64,000 nucleotides of DNA. Origin: Phoronis australis. Lineage: Eukaryota > Animalia > Phoronida. Positions 51,660 through 63,531 of the stretch are shown here, one piece after another. Location: contig NMRA01000286.1 in the NCBI GenBank assembly GCA_002633005.1, forward strand, positions 484,503 through 548,502, in the 5' to 3' direction. Below the pieces are notes generated by a model. It searched no databases and was not told the DNA's origin. It saw only the letters and a program-made list of their open reading frames with translations. The position numbers were made by a program, and so were the translations under genes. The stretch's first letter is position 1, and each line of letters starts with the position of its first letter.

Positions 51660-51916
51660 CTACTTCGAATGTCCACAATTCCTAAAGCAGAACTCCGACA
51701 GTGCATTACTCTGACTGTCTGCTAATGAGTTGGAACTGACATGTACGTATAATGTATTGTATTTGTGTCCATTTAGTAACCATCTAAAGGATGTGCAAGA
51801 GTTGAATAGTCCGTAAAACATTGACTGTTTACAAATGAGTTCAGCTTCAGTCACTGCCAATCGTGATTCTTGAATCTGAACTAACGTAACGACTCATTCT
51901 CAAGCAGACATCTGAG

Positions 51917-54900
51917 CCTTTTTTAATTCTAAAACGTATTACAGCTAAGTTATCCATAGTGAGAGATCTTCAGTACATCTTTTGTGTTTTCTTCAGCGAA
52001 TTTGAGTGTTCAAACTCTTATTTTTCACCTTCTTTTGTCCGTTACTATTTGGTCATATTTCCTCTGTACAAATCTTTAGGTCAATCAATATCACCTGGCT
52101 TTCCTTATTACGTCCTCAAATAACTATGCGTTTTGTATTCACTTGCAACAGAACTAACTGGTTTCCCAAGATTGAATTTATATGTTGTGCTTTTCAACTA
52201 AGTTGCTATTTATATACCTGTAAGCGAGCCTATGATATTATTTTGTTGTTTAAAAATGACTCTCCTAATTGTCCAGACTACCTTATTCATTTAACAACCT
52301 TTGAATTTCCAATAAGCATTGGTGTATTAATTGTTAAATACGGCTATCGTTTGAGTGCCTCGAGTAGTATGAGTTTCTCTGGTCTTACAATGTTTTCCCC
52401 TGCATGGTCACAGTTTAATTCTTCTCACGGGCATCGAATGAGATATCTATATCACGCTATGCGGGTTCAGATTACTGATGTGTCTTACTATTGTTTAAAT
52501 AACACCTGTATGGATTACGGAATCGTCATTGGCATGCGCCTCCTTTTAGCTGGCGATGTTGAAGAAAATCCTGGGCCTGAAGACAATACTACCTTTAAAA
52601 TCTTATTTTCAAATATTAACAGCATTAAATCCAACAATTTCTCCAGATTTCAACTTCTAAAAAACTTTGTTCTGTCTTACGATTATATGATTGTCGCTCT
52701 TTGTGAAACTTGTAATGTTACCAAAGACGACCTTGATAATGAACTAATCATTCCTGGTTACAGTGTAGCCTATCTCAGTAACAGTGGCCGTGGCATCATC
52801 TTATCCACTAAAAACACACTCTCATTTAAATTATGTCCTAGCTTAACTTGTCCTCAGTTATGCAACTGCTGGATCGAAGTTTATTTCGATCACAGAAAAA
52901 TTTACTATGGGTTGTTTTAGCGATCATCTTCTCAATCTCCAACTGAAAGAAAACTCTACTTCAACGCCCTAGCTGATCAGTTAGCGGAACTTAACCGCAA
53001 TAGCGTTAGTATAATCATAAATGGTAATTTCAATGCCCGAAACTCTACATGGTACAATGATGATCATGACAATACGGCCGGGCTACAATTGTTTGATATC
53101 TTATTATCTAATGACTGCATACAGCTAATTAATGAGCCAACCCGCATCACCGACGTTTCTCATTCATGTATTGATCTCTGCATAACAAACAATTTGAGTA
53201 TAATTAACTCATGTTCTGTACTACCCCCTGTTGGCAATTCTGATCAACACATAATCGAAACCATTCCAACACCTAAAGAAAACGGTTAAAGAACAACACA
53301 CCACACGAACCAATTGGAAATATGACATCGATAAATTACGTCAGGATATCGCCTACACTGACTTGGATTCCATATTGGACACTGGCGACATTGATGACAC
53401 AGTTTCACTCTTCACTAGTACTCTCTATGAAATTTTAAAAAACAACATCCCATCAACTGAAAAGATAATTAAACACAACAGCCAACCGTGGTTCAACAAT
53501 AATGTTAAACGGGCAATCTGCACAAGAAACAGACTTTACAGCTCTTTCAGAAGATCTAACAACACTATAATCTACAACAGATACAAGGAGCAGTCACGTC
53601 TGGTTGAAACTTTAGTAAATCTAGCCAAAGCTGATCACCGCCGCAAGCTTTTTCAACAAATTAACAGCGCAAGCAAGAACTCCAAAGAATACTGGAACAT
53701 CATCAATAAAATACGCGGCAGTCAACAACAATCCTTTTATCCCGTCACCAACCATAATGGTAACCTAGCCTCAAGTAGTAGTGACAAGTGTGACCTGTTT
53801 CTCAATTTTTCACGAACAAAAGCCACATTACACCAACTGAAGTAGGTAACTTTCCCTTTCTTCATGAACGTTGTCTCAATCAACCGTCTGACATCCCGGC
53901 TAATCAAACTGATGTCCGGAAGTATTTCAATGAAATTGACCCCAATAAGAATGATTGCACAGCTTTAATAACCAACAAGATAATCAAAATGATTGCCAAT
54001 GAAATTACCATGCCCCTGACCAATCTGTTTAAAAAACTTCTTCAGCTAGGTATATATCCGTCTTCTTGGAAACATGGAATTATGGTCCCTATACAAAAAA
54101 GACTCCAAAACTGAAATTTCAAATTATCGCCCAATAACTTTACTTAACACCCTGTCTAAAATCTTCGAGAAGATCATTGCTCAAAGTATTCGTACATTTC
54201 TCAAACAAAACAACTTGATTTATCATCTTCAATTTGGTTTTTTGCGTGGGAACAGCACCATGGCACAACTTGTAGAAATAGTACATGAGATTCATTTAGT
54301 ACACTTTGAGAAGGGCGAGAATGTCAGGTCCATTTTTCTAGATATATCTTCTGCTTTCGACTGTGTCCCTCACGACCTTCTACTTCACAAACTTCGATCC
54401 TAAGCATTACTGGTAATCTTTTAAACATGATCACCTCATATCTCTCCGAAAGAACATACAGTGATCGTGTCGACGGCGTACTTTCAACTTTATCCCCTCC
54501 TGGATTTGTAAACGCAAGTGTACCGCAGGGTAGCGTATTGGGCCCTCTTCTCTTCTTGGTTTATATTAATGATCTTCCTGATAACCTGTCATGTAGCACT
54601 TACATTTATGCAGATGACACGGCGCTTTTTCATCCCTTCGCACGGAGCAGCCCTGAATGTTCTTTGCAGCTTCAACACGACATAAATAAACTCAGCTATT
54701 GGTCACAAGAATGGAGAATGAATTTTAAACCAGAAAAAAGCGTTGATCTCACCTTCTCCAAATCTATTAATGCTCTCTTCCTTGTTGACCCGTATTATGA
54801 CCTTAAAGATAATGATGAAATTATTTCTAGAAAACAGTCGCACAGACATCTGGTTATACTGTTAGATGAAAAACTCTCATTCACCCCTCACGTTCGGGAG

Positions 54901-55706
54901 CTCGTACAAAAAACTCAGGAACTAATTAACCCACTTAAGCTTGTCTCTCGTCATCTGAATTCTACACATTTAGAAGTTTTGTTCAAATCCTTTATACTTC
55001 CACACATCGATTATTGTGATATAATAAATCAGTCTGCCAATACGGGTGCACTCCAACGTTTGGAGAAGTTACAGTATCAAGCTGCCTTACTCACAACCGG
55101 AGCTTACAGGGGATCCAATAGTGTTAAGGTTTTGAATAGTCTCAAGTGGACCAAACTGTCTACTCGACGCAATGTTCACATGACCACATTTACTTTCAAA
55201 GTAATAAACAATGTCAACAACGTTTCTGTCAAAAAATATTTGATCTATACACTAGACAAGGCCATCGTAGTGATTTGAATACCTGAGAGATTCACTCTTT
55301 CGTTCACTCGATGGAAACCAATCAATTGTTAACGCTCTCAATTCTTGTAATAATATCCCTACTAGAGTTATATTATTATTGAATGGTAGTCCTAACCTTG
55401 ACCTCGTTCTCAACGAATTCCTCTTAAGCAACGTTAGTAATTTTTTATGTACCGTTTATCAATATCAATCTGATTTCCATACATGAATCTGTACATATTT
55501 TTGATTTTATGTCTTTGTAATAGCATATCTAAGTATTGGAATACTTATATTAGAAACTACTTAAATGTATATACCTCTATGTATATTAGTTTCATTTATG
55601 AATAGTTTACAACCAAGATATAATGTTCGCGATTTCTGGGTTTGTCATTATTTCTTTGTATGTTCTGTGTATTCTTCAATAAATATATATCACTTAAAAA
55701 AAGAAA
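51917..55706 (+). mobile_element. apparently full-length L2/CR1-group LINE, single ORF (2A - APE - RT), inactivated by stops, frameshifts and a 3' deletion
   Basis: APE motifs NINSI, LCET, GNFNA, EPTR, IDLCITN, SDQ; RT motifs [25 protein letters not shown]; A-rich tail; TSD atctgag at 51910-51916 and 55707-55713. Confidence 0.93.
52540..52578 (+). other. 2A/StopGo ribosomal-skipping motif
   Basis: LLLAGDVEENPGP, exact match to D(V/I)ExNPGP, in frame and immediately upstream of the APE domain. Confidence 0.9.
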
Positions 55707-56969
55707 ATCTGAGGCACGGGTCAGGGCTGCGGCGACCAAGAGGGGACCAAATTAAGAAGCCTGAATGGGACTCTCTGACTTCGTGAAGACTCAGTGGCAG
55801 GAACAGGGTAGCCTACTAACTACATTTAGTTTCGACCCTGCCGTGCGTGTGGTTCCGGTGGTTTAGGTTAATGAGGCGCAGCGGCCTCAACTTTTCAGTC
55901 GCGCTGTGGATTCATACTATCTGGACTTGATAAACATATTATGTTTGATAATTCATCAGTATTCCTACTTCACATTCTTTTAAAGTGCATGTAAGTACTC
56001 ATTTTCCCGTATTTGTAAGGCATAAGGGCAATTTTTGCAAACAAAGTGTTGTAGTAGTAGTAACCGGCGTTGATTTCGGCGCGTACGGTATAAAAATTAC
56101 ACCTGCGTCCGAAATTTTAGATATTTTCTGAGAAGTGAACCTTCGGAGTAGTGAACCTTCAGATTAGTGAGCTGTTCTCATTTCCAGCGGTGAAAGCAAC
56201 TTAAACAAAGATACTATATCATTGTAAAATCTTTGACTTAAGTAGCACATAAAAATACAACCAGATAAAACAATTCGTCAAGTCATTCTCCGAACAAATA
56301 TTTCCTTTCGCGTATGTAATGAGGTGTAACTACTCATTTAAGCACGCCTAATTTGAAAGTTTGGGAAGGGGTAACGCAAGAACGTTCTCATTGTGGACCA
56401 CATTACATCCGAATTTGAGTCCGTTCTTTGCGAGCAACCGTCACGACATCTTCATCTCTGGTATTAAGAATTCCGGCTCATCTCAATCAGGAACATAGAG
56501 CTGAGAATCATGGTTGTGAATACAGATTTCCCTTCCCCCTAATTAAAATTAGGAAGAGAGATCTGTATACACGATGACTCTCACAGCTTAAAAGCTGTGT
56601 CAAGGACCTTACCGAAAACTATACAGTGTCGACGTTTGCAAAATATGACAGGTCCACCGTTCTAGAAATGCTAGCTACGTGCGTATGACACTGGTGCTTG
56701 GTCATCGTTTCAGATCGGACTCGTTAATGTGCTTGTCGATTGCGGGAGCGTTTCAGTGGCCCAGACAATATGACTATCAAGGTATTTCCAAGCAAGCTCA
56801 ATTTAAACACAGGAAGAACACGCGATGTTGCTTTGGAAGCACAAAAACATTCAAAGTTTGCGCGGATGTTTTCAACTCCAGGTCGTGGTTTAATAGCGGT
56901 TACAAGTATTTTGAGTTAATGTAGTTTAACACTGCATTTAGTGATACTCTTTGTGTAACAGTAACCACA

Positions 56970-57110
56970 TCATGCAGTATCATACAATGTCATACAGGTC
57001 ATTAAGGTGATATACATTTATTGAAGACTACACAGAATATATCATTCAGTATGATCATACAGTATCATAAAAAGTCATTCACGCAGTATCATACAATATC
57101 ATAAAATACA
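56970..57110. repeat. degenerate minisatellite (cagtatcata-like units)
   Basis: Repeated cagtatcatac/caatatcata units; one further unit at ~57475. Confidence 0.6.
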
Positions 57111-57119
57111 GGACATACC

Positions 57120-57473
57120 ATTAATAGAAATGAAACGAAAAAACTCGTTTCATGAGAACATTCATATTTCGATATATTCATATCATTATAGATAGCGTCG
57201 CTGAGACGTTTCGCTGAACTTCAATCAAGCATCATCAGTGACTATACAGATACAACTGTGGCCTTTATGTTTTTAAATGTTGCGTATTCCTTACCAGTTC
57301 GTTGTGAGTTGATGTGTAGTGGTATTATAGTTTCCTATGAAAACATGTATTGGTTGTATAGTCACTGATGATGCTTGACTGAAGTTCAGCGAAACGTCTG
57401 ACGCTGTGTATACATGTTAAGATCGAGATATGAATGTTCGTGTGATACGTTTTGTCGTTTTATTTCTATTAAT
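57120..57473. mobile_element. palindromic element with a hammerhead-ribozyme motif in each arm (probably Penelope-derived)
   Basis: Ends attaatagaaat / atttctattaat; arms contain CTGATGA...GAAACGTC. Confidence 0.7.
57361..57402 (+). ncRNA. minimal type I hammerhead ribozyme motif
   Basis: gtca CTGATGA [tgcttgactgaagttcagc] GAAAC GTC tgac: core boxes, imperfect stem II, 4-bp stem I (gtca/tgac), palindromic ACGT. Confidence 0.6.
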
Positions 57474-58895
57474 ACAGTGTCATACACGCTATTTTGCAGA
57501 ACAAAACTAGTTTACCGAACGACATTGAAAGTGACGCACTTGCAGTCGGCTGTAATCACACAACTAGATAGACGCATGCATCAAATCTCTCTATTAGGTA
57601 TGAATTTTTATTAACACCTGTGCTGTCGAATGTGTACAGCTCGCAATATGTGATATTGAAGCAGTTTTCAGACGCCACTAATGTGTATATCTAATGTACA
57701 TGAACGGTGTCAATGGTTTTGAGATGAGGTGACGCCTAAATACGGTACAAGTAGTAAATGGTCGCGTTAAACGCAAACCATGTGTCAATAATGGCAACCA
57801 CGTCACCAACAAATGACGATTGCCATGGTAACGTCCATCAAGTGATAAAACATGCAATCATTCCTTTCGCTCGCGTGAGTCTAGAGTATTAGTAAATATC
57901 ATGGTCACTCATAGATGTCTAGAAGGAAAACAATGCTTGTACACTTATCAAACATCGTGCCGAATTCAGTTTCGTGTTGTCAATTTTCCAACCTACTGTA
58001 AAAGATTTAGAAACTAAATTGTAGTCTATTTTTGCTTGGTTTTTACTGTGTAGATATCACAAAACAACTTTCTATTATTTCCTGTGTAAAACAATCAGCC
58101 TTAAATACAAAACGGCAAAATAGTTAAGTCACGAATTGCCGGAGATTTCGAAGTTAATTTAATACCTTCCCATCACCAGACATTTGATACTGGTTTCAAA
58201 ACTTCATCTAATATTCAAAAGTATTTTGCATCAGCTCTACCGGTGATAAACACCTGTATGTGACGAGTGACCGACATGTGTTATACAGATATATCGTTAG
58301 GGGATAGTCATTTTCAAGATTCACCAGTCCTGTGTGTGACATATGTAATCTACAGTACATAAAAATTCGAAGCTTTCCTCGGTTCTTCTTGAAATTCCCC
58401 AAAAATTGACTGTATCCGTGTGAATTTAAGTGGATGTATGTAAAATGCTTATCACTGCAATAAACCACCGTGACACCGTAACGGCATAAACGTTTACACA
58501 ATTCAATGACACGTTTTGGGTGGCATAAAATTGAAGTATTTTTGCTGTTGCATTTCAAGGAAAACCATGTCGATACCTAGATGTGAAAACTACAGGAAAC
58601 AGTTACTGGTACCTTGCACTCTACAAAAATCGCAGTTTACAGCTTGCTTGACTCTGTCGTAGCTGATACACATGTTGATTTTGACTACATTTGTGATTAT
58701 ACTATGACAATATGTCACAGTTGACGACAGTGTTGAAACGTTGTGATGAAACTGCGATAGAACTTCGGAAAACATCTTTTGACTTAAGCCTTGGCCTTGG
58801 TTCCCTTCTCAGATCACAAATCATTTCTAGACTTGATGAGAACTGGCTGGCCGCCCTTACTTCATACAAGACGTTGTCGCAAAGAGTTACATTAA

Positions 58896-60535
58896 AGGAG
58901 AATGCCACCCGTCTTAATCGGTCTATATCCACATAGCCTCGTATACGGTCGAACTTACCCTGCCAAGAGGTGTCGCGTTAACCTGTGAGGAAGGTGAGAA
59001 ACAACGCTAGCGACGTCAGTGGTTCATATGCAGAGTGAATGCCGCTATGTTGCGGTGCATCGTTCCCGCTTGTCCGAACTAAGCAGCTGCGAGGAAAGCG
59101 GGTATATCGTTTTTTTTACTTCCTCGAGAGTCCGAAATGCTTAAGAAGTGGCTCATGGTAGTGAAGAATGAAATGTACGCTGTAAATAGCAAGTATGAGG
59201 CCGTGAAACATCTCCGTGTCTGTGGCATGCAGACGTCGACAGCGCCTCTGTGACGAATGCCGGCTTACCAAATAACTCCATGTTCCGTTGTCTGAGCTTG
59301 TTCACGGCGCCTCTCTAGTATTACTTCATCACTGTATTCCTGTTCGAATTGATAGCCTGTAAAACTTAACGATCCACCTGCGAAGTCGGGACAGATGACC
59401 TCTAGCTCGTCCTAAGTCGGGATTGCGAGTTGCCATGTTGGCGTTTAGTACTGAGCGTTCTGTTTCAAAATGCCTTCTCATCCTAACCAACTGAAACAAA
59501 GTCTGTCTCAATAGAAGCAATTTGTAATGCCTTTGGAGTGTTTGTGAGTGCAAATGATTTGAGAAGCCAGCATTGAATAAATCACTGCGTCAGTACCGGC
59601 TTTAGCTGCAACAAAACTAATTGACGGGACACCGAGGCCGTGTGAGCTCATGCTAATTTAGTGTTTGCTGGCAGAAACTGTTGTGAAACAACTCGATTTC
59701 CATCTCACGGCTGGGTGTTAGGGGAATCTTTATTTACGTTTACATTACTCAAATAATGATTGTCAATGTGCAACTTCTGCCCAGACGGTGCTGTGGTCAA
59801 AGCGGAACCCGAGTGAATTCGTGGCCCCCGACGAGTAAGTAGTTGCAGTTTCGTGGCTAAATCACCAACATTGGCTCACTAGGATAGTATTTTCTTGACT
59901 CGAAGTTTAGTTTCCACAGAACTTTGGTTGGTTTATGTTCGTAACGTCCGATCAGTTTCCGAGCCACTGGCCGGGATAACAATTTGATGAAGTCAATCCA
60001 GCCGGCCGCGACGGGCTTGATCGGGCTCCGAGCCACTAGCCAGGATAACAACAAGCGTTTTGTGTTTAGAACTCAAAAAATCATTAGTCTAAACAACACA
60101 GATCTAGGTTCTCCTGTCTGTATCTCACGGAAAATACTTCGAAATTATCTCCGAACAGACCCCAAACTCCTGTTACGGACCTTATTGGCCTGCCGTACTT
60201 TGTAGGCTACGGTGTGTCCAAATATCAATAAATCCGTAAGAACGAAATAAAACAACACGTTTTTATAAGGACTCGGTGTATTTTTAAGGGTTTTACATCG
60301 AAGTTTGATGATTTATTGGTGTTAAACGAAGACTTTAAGCGATAAGCTGACACCAGTAACCCGTGTTGTGAACTGCTGAACAGACTGCGTGTGAAACCGA
60401 TGACGTCATTGGATAATTTCAACACCTCCGTCTGCCGTCAGGTGTCAGGTAACGCAACCGTACGTGTCGTTATGGAGTAGAACTACTCGATCTAAATTGA
60501 TACAAATTAGGTTGTTTTTTGGGTGGCATGCTCCT
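58896..60535 (+). mobile_element. non-autonomous Kolobok-type DNA transposon with a THAP-domain relic
   Basis: TTAA at 58892-58895 and 60536-60539; 15-bp TIR aggagaatgccaccc / gggtggcatgctcct (1 mismatch). Confidence 0.8.
59047..59232 (+). pseudogene. THAP zinc-finger relic of a transposase
   Basis: MLRCIVPACPN*...GISFFLLP...KKWL...HLRVCGMQ: THAP C, C, P, W, C pattern; internal stop, final His lost. Confidence 0.75.
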
Positions 60536-61767
60536 TTAAGTTTCAGTTGCCACTGTCAAGGTAATATGGCTGGCGCGGGATGTACGGGCCATAAATTGTA
60601 ACCAATTTCAATTGAAACGAAGTTAAGGAACGCGCGAAGACGTTGCTCTGGGAGAGTAAATAGATTCTACGCCTGTGAATGAAAGTTGACTTTTTGACAC
60701 CAGGGGATGGTTTAAACTGATTTTAATTGCTTTTTCGTTGTCATTCAGGAATTTGGATCACAAAATCTCTCCCATGATTTACTATGCACGTACGTGTAAT
60801 TTTAATTGGTTCACTCAGGGGTCCGTTGGCCGCACAGCAACTTCTGTTGCTAGTGAAAGCTCAGTCATGGTAAGATCTAGTGCTTCGCTTGTACAATTTA
60901 TGCGCGGCCATGTCTCGCGAAGTCTTTCGTTGTCTCTCCAAAGTCTTAAGAAATTAGCTTAGAACGCAACCCCGGTCGAAGTTGCTTGATTGTGGTGCCA
61001 TTCGTTAGATGACCAATAGACGGGCACTGTGTGTAATGACCTGGCAAAAACGAATCGTACACTCAAGTTTTACTTGCCCATTTCCTAATTGACCTGTTTA
61101 GTTATGTGACTAGTTTTTATCGTGGCGTGGCCGATGTGACACACACACAGCAGGATAACTCGGGTCCAGCCCTATCCGATAGGGTAAAATGGGATACAGA
61201 AAGACAACAACAACAAAATTGTTGCAGCTGCTAGTACTACTAACCACACTCATAACCAAGTTAAAGATGCTATATATGTCTCATTAAATTGCGAATATGG
61301 TAATGAGGTATTTGTTTACAAACAACCTCGGGTCTTCCGGTGTGCCGGAAACCACCCGAGAACCAGTTACCGTTACAATCTCACGTAAGTCTCGTTTTGC
61401 CAGACTATATGTAAATGAATACGGTAATGTCATCGTCACACTTATAAAACAAGGCGCATTTTTTGTTGTTTGTTCATTTCACTGTCAAAGAGCGATTGCG
61501 CAATATTTGGAATTACTAGGGTTTTCTATATGTTGACATTTGTTTTTAACTGTATTATGTGACTATTCGACAATCTTCACATTAGTAGAGGGCGCGCGTG
61601 TACTAGTGGTGATAGATTAAGCAGCCTCGATATTCGCGAAACCTTTAAATACATGGTGAAATGGCTTGCAGCTGTGGCAACTGAATCTGAGATTGGGTGA
61701 AAAGGGTGCTTCAGTGAGGGGAAGTAAGCATGACCTTATAGGAAGGTAAGGTTTGTGTTTATTTAAA

Positions 61768-62626
61768 TGACGACTATCCGGGTACCGTGTAAAGCTTTGC
61801 GTGCAAAGTCACATGATCGCTGTACTTTTCGAGTCTGTGTATATTTAGTGTAGTAAATATAAATTGCATTTCGTTATATTAGCCCAACTTCTGAACCATG
61901 TGATATTTTCAAATGAACGAATATTTGTATTCCAGGATTGTAGCCAAGTCCAACATACGTAAGACGGTCCTGTAAACAAGATCATTGTTTTTCGCCATTA
62001 TTTGAGTTGGGGTAGTAAGAATTTTCTGGAATGATCATCTGACGACTTTTTATGTTTTCGAATTCTTCTTTTTTAGGAAATGGGAATGGTGTTGCTTAAA
62101 GCAGAGCAATCAAGCAAGGAAACCCTCAGAAATTCAGCCGGGCGTGACGCACCTGGAATGTACAGTCTTTGTGACTCCTGTTTTGGGAAACTGAACAGAG
62201 AACATTTCGCATATCGTTAACCGTGGACCTCTATTCACCATCTCTAGCAACAACGTCCTGTGTATGTTCGATTCTACGTTAGAATTCACAATTGCTGATT
62301 GCAGGTAGTGTTACACTGAGTTAATATTTTCACTTGCGCAGATTTAGTATTATTTAAAAGGATAACAAATCCGGTTTTGACCTATTAACAGATATTAAAA
62401 ACGACTTTCCCATCCAATTCTCTGAAAGAAAATAATGCCCTGTTACCCTCGACCACCCTCAAAAGTTTGAATGAAAATTTGAAAACTCTTTTCGCGGTCT
62501 GCTAAACGGATGAGTGTGACCTATGCTTTTTGCGAATTTCAAGGCAACTGTGGGGAAGACGGAAACACCACCAATAACCATAATGTCTAATCTGTGACAC
62601 AGACAGTATACGTTTTTAGTTGATTC
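61768..62626. repeat. inverted copy of 44468-45322
   Basis: Reverse-complement match; ends where the foldback element begins. Confidence 0.9.
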
Positions 62627-63316
62627 ATATAGATTATTACATGGCGAAGTCGTTATCCCCCGTTCTCTAGAGCCCGAGTGGATTTTGAAGAGAGGGTGAC
62701 AATTCTCCAAAATCCACGAGGGCTCTAGATAAGGGGGATAACGACTGAAAATATGTAATAATCTATTTATACCCTATACTAAACGAGAAACATTGCAATG
62801 AATCGATCTACCTTTCTCGACTCGCCTCGGCTTTGTAACTACTTTCTATGTCAGAGGCCCGGGGTCGGAGGTCGTGACCTTTTAAGAAAAGCCGAGCAAT
62901 TTTTGTCAAATAACGCTTTTGCTCAAAACCAATTGGAAATTTAAACAAAATAGAAATGAAGTGAATCTATAACTTAAGGTTTAGAAACTATCATAATAGC
63001 TTACTACACATTTTATCACGCCAAGCTTCGACCTCGAAAATATCGTCTGCTAAAGTAGATTACCACTAGTAACTGACTATAATGCTCAAGTCAAAGGATC
63101 CCGACGACAGGATATCCGCATTCAAATTGGAGATCGGTGATTTACAAGTGAGAGAACACGAGAGAAAATATTCACTGAATTATAATATCGTTTTTATGGA
63201 AATTATGCGTTTTATTTTTCATAGCGTATAAATGTCGGTGCAATGCCCTTTGCTGAACATGCGATTGGTGCGCGTGCTCATTTAAGTATTCTATTTTCAT
63301 GTTCGATGACGTCAGC

Positions 63317-63387
63317 CGCTGAGTGGTGTAGTGGTAAAGTCGGCGACTCGAAACTCTTGAGACCCGGGTTCGAATCCGGCCTCGGTT
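63317..63387 (+). pseudogene. tRNA-derived sequence (Pol III A/B boxes), not a functional tRNA
   Basis: A box TGGTGTAGTGG, B box GGTTCGAATCC, acceptor-like pairing cgctgag/ctcggtt; anticodon and T stems mispaired. Confidence 0.7.
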
Positions 63388-63461
63388 TCTCCCCAAAATG
63401 TTATCTCACTTGTATCTGCCATTCGCTAATATTGTTGTATAACTGTTTTATAACGGCGGGA

Positions 63462-63531
63462 AACCGACAAGGAGTCGAACCCGTTACCCTGAAGTTGCTG
63501 GTCACCGACTTTACCTCTACACCATGCAGCG
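63462..63531 (-). pseudogene. second tRNA-derived sequence, convergent with the first
   Basis: Minus strand reads cgctgca TGGTGTAGAGG taaagtcgg...GGTTCGACTCC ttgtcgg. Confidence 0.65.

Larger units (their letters stand above)
49000..56179. mobile_element. TIR element with ~16-bp subterminal tandem repeats, interrupted by two nested insertions
   Basis: aggttcactactccgaaggttc (49021-49042) vs gaaccttcggagtagtgaacct (56137-56158); degenerate units resume at 51660-51720. Confidence 0.55.

Noticed and set aside
55714-55830. Possible Mutator transposase C-terminal relic
   Set aside because: Only a vague resemblance with multiple stops; cannot be supported without a search
63317-63387. Functional tRNA gene
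   Set aside because: Anticodon and T stems do not pair properly and the sequence is mirrored inside a repeat
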